From positions 1 through 30,591 of IMG/VR virus record IMGVR_UViG_3300032261_000051: a stretch of 30,591 nucleotides of DNA; one strand, given 5' to 3'. The first letter of the stretch is position 1. Every line of letters starts with the position of its first letter. Below are positions 20,990 to 29,441 of this stretch, piece after piece. The notes under the pieces are model-generated. The model saw nothing but the letters and a program-made list of their open reading frames with translations, was not told the origin of the DNA and ran no database searches. This stretch comes from a virus. Taxonomy: Duplodnaviria; Caudoviricetes. Both the position numbers and the translations under genes were made by a program.

Positions 20990-22207
20990 ATGGATCCACT
21001 TGACCGATTCTGGCTCCATGCGCCTTTGAAGCGGCTGCGGCGGCTCTGCCGCCGGAAGCCTCGGGCCTTCGTCTTTGCTTCGGTTGCTGCGGTTGGCCTG
21101 GTCCTCGGGCACACCTATTCCCTCACGGTCGACGGGCACGTCCAGCGGCGCTTCTGGATCCAGACGCCGAACGACCGGGTTCCTATTGTCCTGAGTGTTG
21201 TGGTCTTCCTGACTTCGGGCACCACGTGGACGGTCCCGGGGGACTGGAACAACGCTTCGAATACTATTGAGACCGTTGGGGGTGGCGGCGGTGGAGGGTG
21301 TCCAACCGCCAACACTAACTCCGGATCCGGCGGCGGTGGCGGCGGGTATTCGTTGGTATCCAACCAATCATACACGCAGCTCGCAAGCAGAACGATTGCA
21401 ATAGGTGGCGCGGGCACCGGTGGAACGACCTCCGGCACCGCCGGCACGGCCGGCGGCGATACGTCGATAAGGCAGGACGACAACGTAACGACAGCCTGTC
21501 TCGCCAAGGGTGGAAGCGGCGGAGGAGTCGGGGCGGCAACCGGAGGCGCCGGCGGTGCGGCGGCATCCGGCACAGGATCGACAAAGCAAAGCGGTGGTGC
21601 TGGGGGATCCGGCGCAGGCTCGGGAACGGGCGGAGGAGGAGGGGGCGGCGGCGCAGGTCCTAATGGTGACGGCAAGGCGGGAGGTGGACCAGGGACGACG
21701 GGCGCCGGTGGCGGTGGTGGCGCGAATGGAGGAACGGCGGGAAACAATGGAACCACCACAACAGGCGGCGCCGGCGGGAATGGTCGCGGAGGAACCGGCG
21801 GCGGAGCTTCCGGCGCGGGCGCTGCAACGGCGGGATCAGGCGGCGGAGGTGGTGGTGCGAATGGAGCATCAAGCAGCCAGGGCAACGGCGCTCAAGACAA
21901 TGTGTGGGTCTCGAACCCGGGCGGAGCAAATGGAGGACCTGGCGGCGGTGGCGGTGGCGGAGGCGGATCGACTGCCAGCGCCAACGGCGGCAACCCCGGT
22001 GGTTCCGGTGGCGGCGGTGGTGGCGGCGGCGGCCCAGTCGGTATCAACCCGAGCGGCCACGGCGCCAACGGCACCGCAGGAATAATCGTCATCAGCTACA
22101 CGGCACTCGTGCCGGCGCTCCTGACGGACACGGGGACTTTGGGCGTGGCTGCTAGCGCGGTCGTCAATTTGTACTTCCGTGAGGGTCGGGGGGTCTATCG
22201 CACATGA
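20990..22207 (+). CDS. Glycine-rich (polyglycine) domain protein
   Basis: FLTSGTTWTVP...VGGGGGGG start and GANGTAGIIVISY end typical of Gly-rich domains; basic then hydrophobic N-terminus. Confidence 0.85.
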   Translation: MDPLDRFWLHAPLKRLRRLCRRKPRAFVFASVAAVGLVLGHTYSLTVDGHVQRRFWIQTPNDRVPIVLSVVVFLTSGTTWTVPGDWNNASNTIETVGGGGGGGCPTANTNSGSGGGGGGYSLVSNQSYTQLASRTIAIGGAGTGGTTSGTAGTAGGDTSIRQDDNVTTACLAKGGSGGGVGAATGGAGGAAASGTGSTKQSGGAGGSGAGSGTGGGGGGGGAGPNGDGKAGGGPGTTGAGGGGGANGGTAGNNGTTTTGGAGGNGRGGTGGGASGAGAATAGSGGGGGGANGASSSQGNGAQDNVWVSNPGGANGGPGGGGGGGGGSTASANGGNPGGSGGGGGGGGGPVGINPSGHGANGTAGIIVISYTALVPALLTDTGTLGVAASAVVNLYFREGRGVYRT

Positions 22208-22908
22208 CCCAGCCCCGCCAAATCCAGTACCAGGACGTGTTTTTCCCCGTCCTCCCGGTCGTAGTGGTCGTCACGGACCCCGGGGCGGCCGCTTGGCAGG
22301 GCTCAAATGAGCGGCCTTGGCAGTTCCAGCAGCCGGTGGGAGCGCTGAACTACCTCCGGCCGAGCGTTTTCTGGACCCCGATCACAGACCTCGACCAGGG
22401 AATCACGCTCGCGGCTTTCCAGGGCAGCAATGAGCGGCATCTGAGCATGCGGTTGGGGCCTCCGAACGTCCGAAATGTGGACAAGCCGAGCGTTTTCCAG
22501 ACGTTTGTAGGGGATCGGGAGCGCGGAATCACGTTCGCGGCCTTCCAAGGAAGCAATGTCCGGCCAAATCCGAGGCCGACGGATCAAAATGTGCTCCGCG
22601 AATGGACCTTCATGGAGCCAATGATGCTCCGGACGCTGGCTCCGTTCGGAATTGGCGTCCTGAGGGTGTTTTTCACCCTCCGACAGGTCTTGATGTCCTT
22701 CGGAGTGGCGTGCAATTGGCAGATGGAGGGCGGGACTTCGAGCGTTTTCACCCCAGACATGGCCGCGGCGGCCGCTTGGGCCGGGGATCCGGCTCAAAAT
22801 GTCGTCTGGGCCTATGATCCGCCGGCAGGTGGATCCTGGGGAGGCGATCCGGGGGGTGGTGGGACGTGGACTCCACAGAATCCGTATTGTAAACCGGGAC
22901 AACCGTGA
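22204..22908 (+). CDS. Repeat-containing hypothetical protein
   Basis: Three AA[WF]QGSN repeats and six 10-aa aromatic repeats; coupled at both ends. Confidence 0.8.
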   Translation: MTQPRQIQYQDVFFPVLPVVVVVTDPGAAAWQGSNERPWQFQQPVGALNYLRPSVFWTPITDLDQGITLAAFQGSNERHLSMRLGPPNVRNVDKPSVFQTFVGDRERGITFAAFQGSNVRPNPRPTDQNVLREWTFMEPMMLRTLAPFGIGVLRVFFTLRQVLMSFGVACNWQMEGGTSSVFTPDMAAAAAWAGDPAQNVVWAYDPPAGGSWGGDPGGGGTWTPQNPYCKPGQP

Positions 22909-23627
22909 TGCTCCGAGACGACGCGGCAGGAATTGCGCAGACTTTGCTAGGGTTCCGCACGGACCAGCTGGCAAACATCGCTACCATGATGCAATTTGTG
23001 CAAAATCAGCTCGAAATGGGCCCAATTCGGCCCTGGTTTCTGCTCCAGGAGGATTCCCTTGTCCGAACGACCATCGGAGACGAGCGGATCGAGATCCCGG
23101 CGGACTTTATCGCGGAATGTGACGAGCTCCCGCTGAGGTACCGCCCAGATGACTATCCGACGGAGGACGAGGTCCAGCTCCGCAAGGACGCGTATGATTT
23201 GCTGAAGCGGAACTTTAAGCCCTCGGCGATTTTGACGGGATCGAAGCAGATTCCGCAGGCGTATGCGAGGGTCGGCTACTACTTTCGGATCTTTCCGACG
23301 CCGGACAACAACTATGCGATCCGTCTGATCTACTACGCCCGGGATTCGGTCCTGACGAGCAACGTGGAGAACAAGTGGCTCAAGTGGAGCCCGGACATTC
23401 TGATTGGACGGGCGGGCAAGCTGCTCGCGACGGGCCTCCGAGACGCGGGCGCGTACGGGGAGTTCGTCAAGATGGAAGCGGCGGGCCAGGACCGGCTGCT
23501 GAGGGAGAACGAGGAGCAGAAGCACGTCAACACGACCCCGCAGATGGGCGGTGTGGTGTGGGCGAAGGCGGGCGTTGGCCTGCCTCCTGCTGGTGTCAGC
23601 GATGCTGAGATAGATGATGGACATTGA
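22905..23627 (+). CDS. Head-tail adaptor (tail tubular A-like)
   Basis: IEIPADF, PQAY, IFPTPDNNY.I.L.YY, NKWL...PD motifs; position before fibre and nozzle. Confidence 0.8.
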   Translation: MMLRDDAAGIAQTLLGFRTDQLANIATMMQFVQNQLEMGPIRPWFLLQEDSLVRTTIGDERIEIPADFIAECDELPLRYRPDDYPTEDEVQLRKDAYDLLKRNFKPSAILTGSKQIPQAYARVGYYFRIFPTPDNNYAIRLIYYARDSVLTSNVENKWLKWSPDILIGRAGKLLATGLRDAGAYGEFVKMEAAGQDRLLRENEEQKHVNTTPQMGGVVWAKAGVGLPPAGVSDAEIDDGH

Positions 23628-25132
23628 CCATGCCAATCGAAGCCGCGACGTACATCAGTGACTTCAGCCCGACGCTGCCCGGGGTCTCCGACCTGGAGTC
23701 GGAGGGCGATGATCATCTGAGGCTGATCAAGCTCGTGTGCCAGAGCACGTTCCCACGGACGGGGAAGGCGTGGTATTTTCCCATGACGAAGAAGACCGTT
23801 GGGAGCTACACGGTCCTCTTCCCGAGTGATCAGAACACGACTCAATTCATCGACGCGACGGGCGGCGCGGCCACCGTGTCCCTGCCGAACCCGGTTGGGG
23901 TGAATGCGGACGGGTGGATGGTGGAGGTCGTCAAATACGACAGCTCGGCGAACCCCGTCACGATCGACCCCGGGGCGAACACGCTGAACGGGCTGTCCGC
24001 CACGTACTCGTTTGGCTTCCAGTGGCAGACGCTCACCCTCGTGTGGAGCACGGCCTTCAATGGGTGGCTCCTGCTGGACAACACGGTGCCCTTCGCGACC
24101 ACGAGCAGCCATGGGCGGGTGCAGCTCGCGACGCAGGCCGAGGCCGGAACTGGCACTAACAACACGGACGCGGTGACCCCGCTCGCGCTGTACCAGCCGG
24201 AGCAGAGCGTCAGCAGCGGGGGGACCGTGGATCTGTCCGTCGTCACCAGTGAGAACATCCAAGTGACGGGCAATACGGGGCCCATCACGAGCTTCGGTCC
24301 CGCGGCGGCGGGCGTTCGGCGGAAGCTGAGGTTCGCCTCGAATCCTAAGATCACCTACAACGCGGGCTCGATGATCCTGCCCGCGGGCGTCGACTTCCAG
24401 GCCGCGGCGGGAGATGAGCTCGAGGCCTTCAGCCTGGGCGCGAGCAACTGGGTTGTCCGGTGGATCCAGCTGATGTCGGGGAAGCCGCTGGCCGGGTCGA
24501 GCGTCCCCACCACGCAGAGGTTCCTTTCGGGCTCCGGCACGTGTACGCCGACGGCAGGCGTGACGAAGTGGCGGGTTCGGATGTGCGGCTCCGGAGGTGG
24601 TGGCGGCGCCTCCCTGACGAACAATGGTAATCCGGGGAACACGACGACCTTCGGTGCGTGGACGGCGGCAGGGGGCGGTGCTGGCGGCCACAGCAACCCG
24701 CCGGTGGCTGGTGGTGTTGGCGGCACCGGGGGGTCGAACGGAACGGGCAACTTGATCGCGCGGTTCCAGGGTGGCCAGGGCGGTCCTGGCATAACTGGCG
24801 CTGGCGGCAACACCGGATGTCCGGGCGGCAACGGCGGAGTGAATCCCTTCGGCGGGGGTGGTGGTGGTGGCGCGGGCACGACTGGGACGCCCGTGGGCCT
24901 TGCTGGAGCCCCCAACACAGGCGCTGGTGGTGGCGGTGCGGGTGCGTTTGCCACGAGCCCGAACGGCTCCGCCTCTGGCGGTGGCGCCGGGGAGTATGTG
25001 GAGTTCTGGGTCAACGCGCCGACGGCGACGACCTATGCGATTGGGGCCGCCGGCACCGGAGGCGCGGCTGGCACGACCGCGGGTGGAGACGGGGCAGCCG
25101 GCATTGCCATTGTTGAGGAGTACTATAACTGA
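23624..25132 (+). CDS. Tail fibre-like protein with a C-terminal Gly-rich domain
   Basis: N-terminal ATYISD...GDDHLRLIK...TFP attachment motif, a T4 fibre-like GRVQLATQAEA..G....AVTP repeat and a polyglycine C-terminus. Confidence 0.85.
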   Translation: MTMPIEAATYISDFSPTLPGVSDLESEGDDHLRLIKLVCQSTFPRTGKAWYFPMTKKTVGSYTVLFPSDQNTTQFIDATGGAATVSLPNPVGVNADGWMVEVVKYDSSANPVTIDPGANTLNGLSATYSFGFQWQTLTLVWSTAFNGWLLLDNTVPFATTSSHGRVQLATQAEAGTGTNNTDAVTPLALYQPEQSVSSGGTVDLSVVTSENIQVTGNTGPITSFGPAAAGVRRKLRFASNPKITYNAGSMILPAGVDFQAAAGDELEAFSLGASNWVVRWIQLMSGKPLAGSSVPTTQRFLSGSGTCTPTAGVTKWRVRMCGSGGGGGASLTNNGNPGNTTTFGAWTAAGGGAGGHSNPPVAGGVGGTGGSNGTGNLIARFQGGQGGPGITGAGGNTGCPGGNGGVNPFGGGGGGGAGTTGTPVGLAGAPNTGAGGGGAGAFATSPNGSASGGGAGEYVEFWVNAPTATTYAIGAAGTGGAAGTTAGGDGAAGIAIVEEYYN

Positions 25133-26748
25133 TGGCCCGGTCAGCTGCATCGGATGCTTTGGCTCCTAGCTTTGGGATGCCGCAAGTCATCACGTTGGCG
25201 AACCTTGGGACCCTTGGGGTCATCAAGGATCGGCCGAACCATGAGGTTGAGCCTGAGGCGTTCACGGACGGGAACAATGTGCGCTTCACCAAGCGGAACA
25301 TTCAGCGGATCCTGGGCCACGTGCAGGTGTACGGGAGCCCGCTGGGGGGCCCAGACTGGGTCTTCCAGGTCCCGAGCGCGACGCAGAACTTCTGGCTCTA
25401 CGGGACGAAGACCGCCGCGTACGTGTACGATGGGACGCACCATACGATCACGCGGGCCTCGGGCGCGTACACGGCGGCGAACCAGTGGGACTGGAACTTT
25501 AGCCTCATTGGGGGCGTCCCGATCCTGAACAACGGCACGGACAAGCCACAGTATTGGCCCGCCCTGAGCAGCGTGACGGACCTGGCGGACCTGGCGAACT
25601 GGCCCGCGCTGACAACTGCGAAGATGGTGAAGGCGTTCGGCAGCTATCTGGTGGCGCTGAACATTGTGAGCAGTGGGGTGGTGAGCCAGCACATGGTGTG
25701 GTGGAGCGCGAAGGCCCCGCTGGGCGGAGTGCCCGCAACGTGGGACCCCAGCGACGCCACGCATGACGCGGGGCAGATCGAGCTGACGGATGTGGAGGGC
25801 GGTGAGATCCTCGGCGGCGACATGCTGGGCAACTACTTCATCATCTACAAGCGGATGTCGACGCATGTGATGCGCTACATCGGGGGTCAGGATGTGATGG
25901 GCTTCGAGATGATCCTCGCGACGAGCGGGACGCTGACGCCTCGGAGCTACTGCCCCATCCAATTCGGCTCCAAGCACTTCGTGGTGACCCAGGATGATGT
26001 CATCCAGCATCAGGGCTATAGGCTTAGCGCTCAGAGCATTCTGGAGGAGAGGGATCGGAACTTCCTCTTCACGGACATGGACGCGACCAACTTCGTCAGC
26101 GCGTTCGCCTTCGACAACATCAGCCAGCGTGAAGCGTGGTTCTGCTACCCCAGCAGCGGAAACGTCCTCCCAAATAAGGCCCTTATCTGGAACTATTTCT
26201 ATAACACGGTTACGTTCCGTGACTTTAACGGGCTCTACGCCGACGTTGGAGTTATCCTTGCGGCTCCGGGCCGGACCTGGAATCTGGCTACGTTCCCTTG
26301 GAGCACAGACACGGGAGTTTGGGGGACCCAAGGGTCCCGCGGAGTCGTGTTCTCTAGTCCTTCAGCCGGGAAGCTGTATAGACTTGACCAAGGGCTCCTC
26401 TTCGACGGGGTTACACCTCTCTGCTTTGTTGAACGACAGGGACTGGCAATTATTGGAAAAGATCGTCAAGGGAACCCGCTGGTGAATTATGATCGACGCA
26501 AGCTGCTCAGTCGGGTCTGGCCGAAGGTCCAGGGGAGCTCGCTGCTGACGATCAAGTGCGGGGCCCAGGAGCAGATCAACGGGGCGCTGACGTGGCAGCC
26601 CTCGCAAACCTTTAATCCCCTTACGCAGAAATACCTTGACTTCACCGCGAATGGGCGCTTGCTGGCCTACAATGTGACGAGCCAGGATGGCAACGCCTGG
26701 GAGCTCCAAGGCATGGACCTCGAGGTCAGCGATTTAGGGAATCAGTGA
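25132..26748 (+). CDS. Tail nozzle / stabilisation protein (tail tubular B or P22 gp10-like)
   Basis: 538 aa, beta-propeller-like; GVIKD, NNVRF, NNG.D.PQYW, EAWFCYP, ALIWNY motifs. Confidence 0.82.
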   Translation: MARSAASDALAPSFGMPQVITLANLGTLGVIKDRPNHEVEPEAFTDGNNVRFTKRNIQRILGHVQVYGSPLGGPDWVFQVPSATQNFWLYGTKTAAYVYDGTHHTITRASGAYTAANQWDWNFSLIGGVPILNNGTDKPQYWPALSSVTDLADLANWPALTTAKMVKAFGSYLVALNIVSSGVVSQHMVWWSAKAPLGGVPATWDPSDATHDAGQIELTDVEGGEILGGDMLGNYFIIYKRMSTHVMRYIGGQDVMGFEMILATSGTLTPRSYCPIQFGSKHFVVTQDDVIQHQGYRLSAQSILEERDRNFLFTDMDATNFVSAFAFDNISQREAWFCYPSSGNVLPNKALIWNYFYNTVTFRDFNGLYADVGVILAAPGRTWNLATFPWSTDTGVWGTQGSRGVVFSSPSAGKLYRLDQGLLFDGVTPLCFVERQGLAIIGKDRQGNPLVNYDRRKLLSRVWPKVQGSSLLTIKCGAQEQINGALTWQPSQTFNPLTQKYLDFTANGRLLAYNVTSQDGNAWELQGMDLEVSDLGNQ

Positions 26749-26749
26749 G

Positions 26750-27007
26750 ATGGTCAAGTTCATCCCCAGCCGGCCCCCGGATCAGCAGACCGCCTCGACG
26801 GCGGACGTGATCGAGTGGGCCAAGCAAGAGTTCGAGACGGTCGCGAGGAATCTGCAGGAGCACGACATCACGGCACTGAAGCCGTTGCATGTGGCTCCGG
26901 CGAAGCCGAGGGAGGGCAACATCGCGTTTGCCGACGGTACGGATTGGAATCCGGGGAGCGGGAGGGGCATCTACGAGTATAGGGGTGGGGCATGGCAGAA
27001 GCTGTAG
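26750..27007 (+). CDS. Small tail-associated protein
   Basis: P.KPREG.I.FADGTDWNPGSG.G.Y.Y.GG.W motif, recalled after podovirus nozzle genes. Confidence 0.8.
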   Translation: MVKFIPSRPPDQQTASTADVIEWAKQEFETVARNLQEHDITALKPLHVAPAKPREGNIAFADGTDWNPGSGRGIYEYRGGAWQKL

Positions 27008-27016
27008 GAGGAGAAG

Positions 27017-27301
27017 GTGGCACAGATTGCGCTAATTCTGATGCTGGTGTCCGTTGGGGGCATTGCGGGAGGCGGCGGCCTCTGGTACTTCCAGCACGAG
27101 GTGATTGAGACTTGCAACGCGCACTGGCGCAGGGAGATTCAGGATGCGACGCTCAAAGCGCTTAGGACAACGAAGGAGGGAGACCAGGAGCTCGATGCCG
27201 CTCGGGTTCGAGCCCTCCAGGGCCTCGAAGGGGCCCGAAAAAGCGTGGCTCCAGCGGCGGGGGACGTGGGCGTGGCGGGCAGCCAACCTCCGGCGAGGTA
27301 A
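27017..27301 (+). CDS. N-terminally anchored membrane protein, i-spanin (Rz)-like
   Basis: AGGAGGAG SD; a hydrophobic N-terminus followed by a helical domain with one Cys. Confidence 0.55.
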   Translation: MAQIALILMLVSVGGIAGGGGLWYFQHEVIETCNAHWRREIQDATLKALRTTKEGDQELDAARVRALQGLEGARKSVAPAAGDVGVAGSQPPAR

Positions 27302-27781
27302 GTGATGCTCCACATAGTGGCAGATCCGAAGGACCCACATTCGAAGCCGAATCGGATCGGCCGGATTCGGCCGGACGATGTGAAGTATATGTGGGAGGAC
27401 TTGAAGCTGTTCCTCGAGACGCACCCGGAGTGGCCCGTGACGGTCGACTCACCGGACGTGATTCTCCAGCGGTGTGCGATGGGCATGTGGGAGCCCTGGA
27501 TTGCGCTTGGGGAGAAAGGTGAGATCGAGGTCCTGGGCCTGTGTGTGTGGGACCGGCACGAGAGGGAGAGCTATTATCGGATCATCTACCTCGCGGGGAG
27601 CAACCTCTGGCGCCACTTCAAGGCGGGCCTGGAGGAGGCCGAACGCTACGTGCTCCTAAATGGGGGTGCTGAGATCATTCTCGTTGGGCGGGTGGGCTGG
27701 AAGCGGGCGCTGAGGCGCTTCGGCTACACCTCGCCCAAGGAGTATCTGTCGAAGAATGTTCGTAGGTCAAGGGGTCACTAA
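27302..27781 (+). CDS. GNAT-fold-like protein preceding the ejection genes
   Basis: IIYLAG...G...I.L.GRVGWKRALRRFGY motif; GAGGT SD. Confidence 0.75.
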   Translation: MMLHIVADPKDPHSKPNRIGRIRPDDVKYMWEDLKLFLETHPEWPVTVDSPDVILQRCAMGMWEPWIALGEKGEIEVLGLCVWDRHERESYYRIIYLAGSNLWRHFKAGLEEAERYVLLNGGAEIILVGRVGWKRALRRFGYTSPKEYLSKNVRRSRGH

Positions 27782-28752
27782 TGTCTGGTGGTGGCGGCAA
27801 CGTCAATACGACCCAACAGGTCACTCAGACTCCGAGCGCGAATCAGCAGAGCATCATTGATATGCTGATGCCGCGGGTCAAGAGTCAGCTTGGCCAGGGC
27901 TTCCAGCAGTATCAGGGGCCCACGGTTGCGGGCTTCACACCGCTGCAGGAGCAGGGCCAGGCTGGGGCAGTGGGCGCCGCGGGAGGCGCCGGGACCACGC
28001 TGGGCTCCCAGGGCGCGGGAGCCTTGGGCACGTTGCTCGACCCGAAGATGCTCGATGTCGCGTCGAACCCAAACTTCACGAACCTTGCTGGGACCATGAC
28101 GGGCCTGGCAAACAGAAACTTGCTCCAGAACATCCTGCCGTCTGTGACGAGCGGGAGCACCATCGCAGGAGGCCAATATGCAGGAGGAGGAACCAGGGGC
28201 GACCTCGCCGTCGGAAAGGCCATTGGAGACACGGCGATTGGGACCAATGCGGGCATTTCTCAGCTGGCTGAGCAGATGTATCAGACGGGTGTTCAGGGGA
28301 TGACGAGTGCGGCTGGGATGGTGCCGCTGATGCAGCAGGCCCAGCTGTTCGCGCCGAACGTGATGTCCCAGGTCGGGGGCATGCAACAGGCGATGACACA
28401 GGAGCAGATGAACGCGGCGATGAGCCAGTTCTATGGGGGGCAGATGCTGCCGTGGCTCAGCACGGAGTTGGGCTCGAGCTTCCTGGGTTCGCTCCCGGGC
28501 GGGACGACGACAACGACCACGCAGGGGCAGGTGCCGTCAGCCTCGCCGTTCCAGCAGGCGATGGGCGGGTTGGCGGGAGCTGGGGCGATGGCCCCGTTCC
28601 TCAACTGGATGTTCCCCTCAGCCGGTGGTGCGGGTGGCCTCGGGTCTATGTTCGGAGGCCTCGGGTCCATGTTCGGCAGTATTGGGAGCGGCTTGGGCTC
28701 CATGGGCAGCGGCCTGATGAGCATATTGCCTGAGCTAGGAATGATGCTCTAG
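27781..28752 (+). CDS. Ejection (internal virion/pilot) protein
   Basis: MSGGGG..TTQQ start, YQGPTVAGFTPLQ motif, G/A/Q-rich with a hydrophobic Gly-rich C-terminus. Confidence 0.8.
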   Translation: MSGGGGNVNTTQQVTQTPSANQQSIIDMLMPRVKSQLGQGFQQYQGPTVAGFTPLQEQGQAGAVGAAGGAGTTLGSQGAGALGTLLDPKMLDVASNPNFTNLAGTMTGLANRNLLQNILPSVTSGSTIAGGQYAGGGTRGDLAVGKAIGDTAIGTNAGISQLAEQMYQTGVQGMTSAAGMVPLMQQAQLFAPNVMSQVGGMQQAMTQEQMNAAMSQFYGGQMLPWLSTELGSSFLGSLPGGTTTTTTQGQVPSASPFQQAMGGLAGAGAMAPFLNWMFPSAGGAGGLGSMFGGLGSMFGSIGSGLGSMGSGLMSILPELGMML

Positions 28753-28766
28753 AAGCGGAGAGACTG

Positions 28767-29441
28767 ATGGATCCCACAATGGACCCCAATATGGCGCCAC
28801 TGTTGCTGGCGTTGTTGCAGCAGCAGGGTGGAGCCGCAGCTGCCGGCTACGGGACGCCCGGCGCGACGCCGAGTCCGATGCCAGGGGCGATGCCAGGCAT
28901 GGGCCCGGGACCTGGCGGGACGGCGTTCGACCTGGGGGCGATGCTCCGAGGGCAGAGCCCTGCGGGCACGGCTCCGACGTTCAGCGGCAACTCGCCCACC
29001 CCGCCGCCCCCCGATAATCAGACGGGCTACATGGGGGTGAACCCGATGGCGGGAGTCTCGCTGGGTGGCGCTCCGCCGGGAATGCCGGGAGGCTTGCCCG
29101 GGGGACTGCCGGGAACCACGGTGGCTCCGTTCAGCACGAGCACGCAGAGCCCGGGAGCGACTGGGGGCGTGACACCTGGGATCCCGGGTGTGCCGGGAGG
29201 TGGCGGGGTGCCCTCGACGGCGGCGCAAGCCGCTGGGAACCCGCTGGCGGGTTTGGCGGCCTTCAAGGCTCCGCCGACGCCGCAGCCGATCATGCCGCAC
29301 GCGGGACCGGGCTCGCCGCAGGCGATCCATCCGATGGTGCCCGGGCACGCGGCGACGGCGATGGCCCAACTCCTCAACGCGATCATGGGTGCCCGTGGGG
29401 CTCAGCCGCTGTTCACCCCGCCGGGAGGTAGGTTCGGCTGA
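28767..29441 (+). CDS. Pro/Gly/Ala-rich probable ejection protein
   Basis: GGAGAG SD; low-complexity; between ejection genes. Confidence 0.75.
   Translation: MDPTMDPNMAPLLLALLQQQGGAAAAGYGTPGATPSPMPGAMPGMGPGPGGTAFDLGAMLRGQSPAGTAPTFSGNSPTPPPPDNQTGYMGVNPMAGVSLGGAPPGMPGGLPGGLPGTTVAPFSTSTQSPGATGGVTPGIPGVPGGGGVPSTAAQAAGNPLAGLAAFKAPPTPQPIMPHAGPGSPQAIHPMVPGHAATAMAQLLNAIMGARGAQPLFTPPGGRFG

Noticed and set aside
21115-21885. Poly-proline minus-strand ORFs (also 24355-25014)
   Set aside because: Reverse-complement reading of the glycine codons in the Gly-rich genes.
21280-25100. Diversity-generating retroelement template/variable repeat pair between the two Gly-rich regions
   Set aside because: No near-identical nucleotide pair differing only at adenines was seen, and no reverse transcriptase lies in the window.
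27105-27305. Embedded o-spanin (Rz1) within the Rz-like gene
   Set aside because: No hydrophobic signal and no lipobox Cys.
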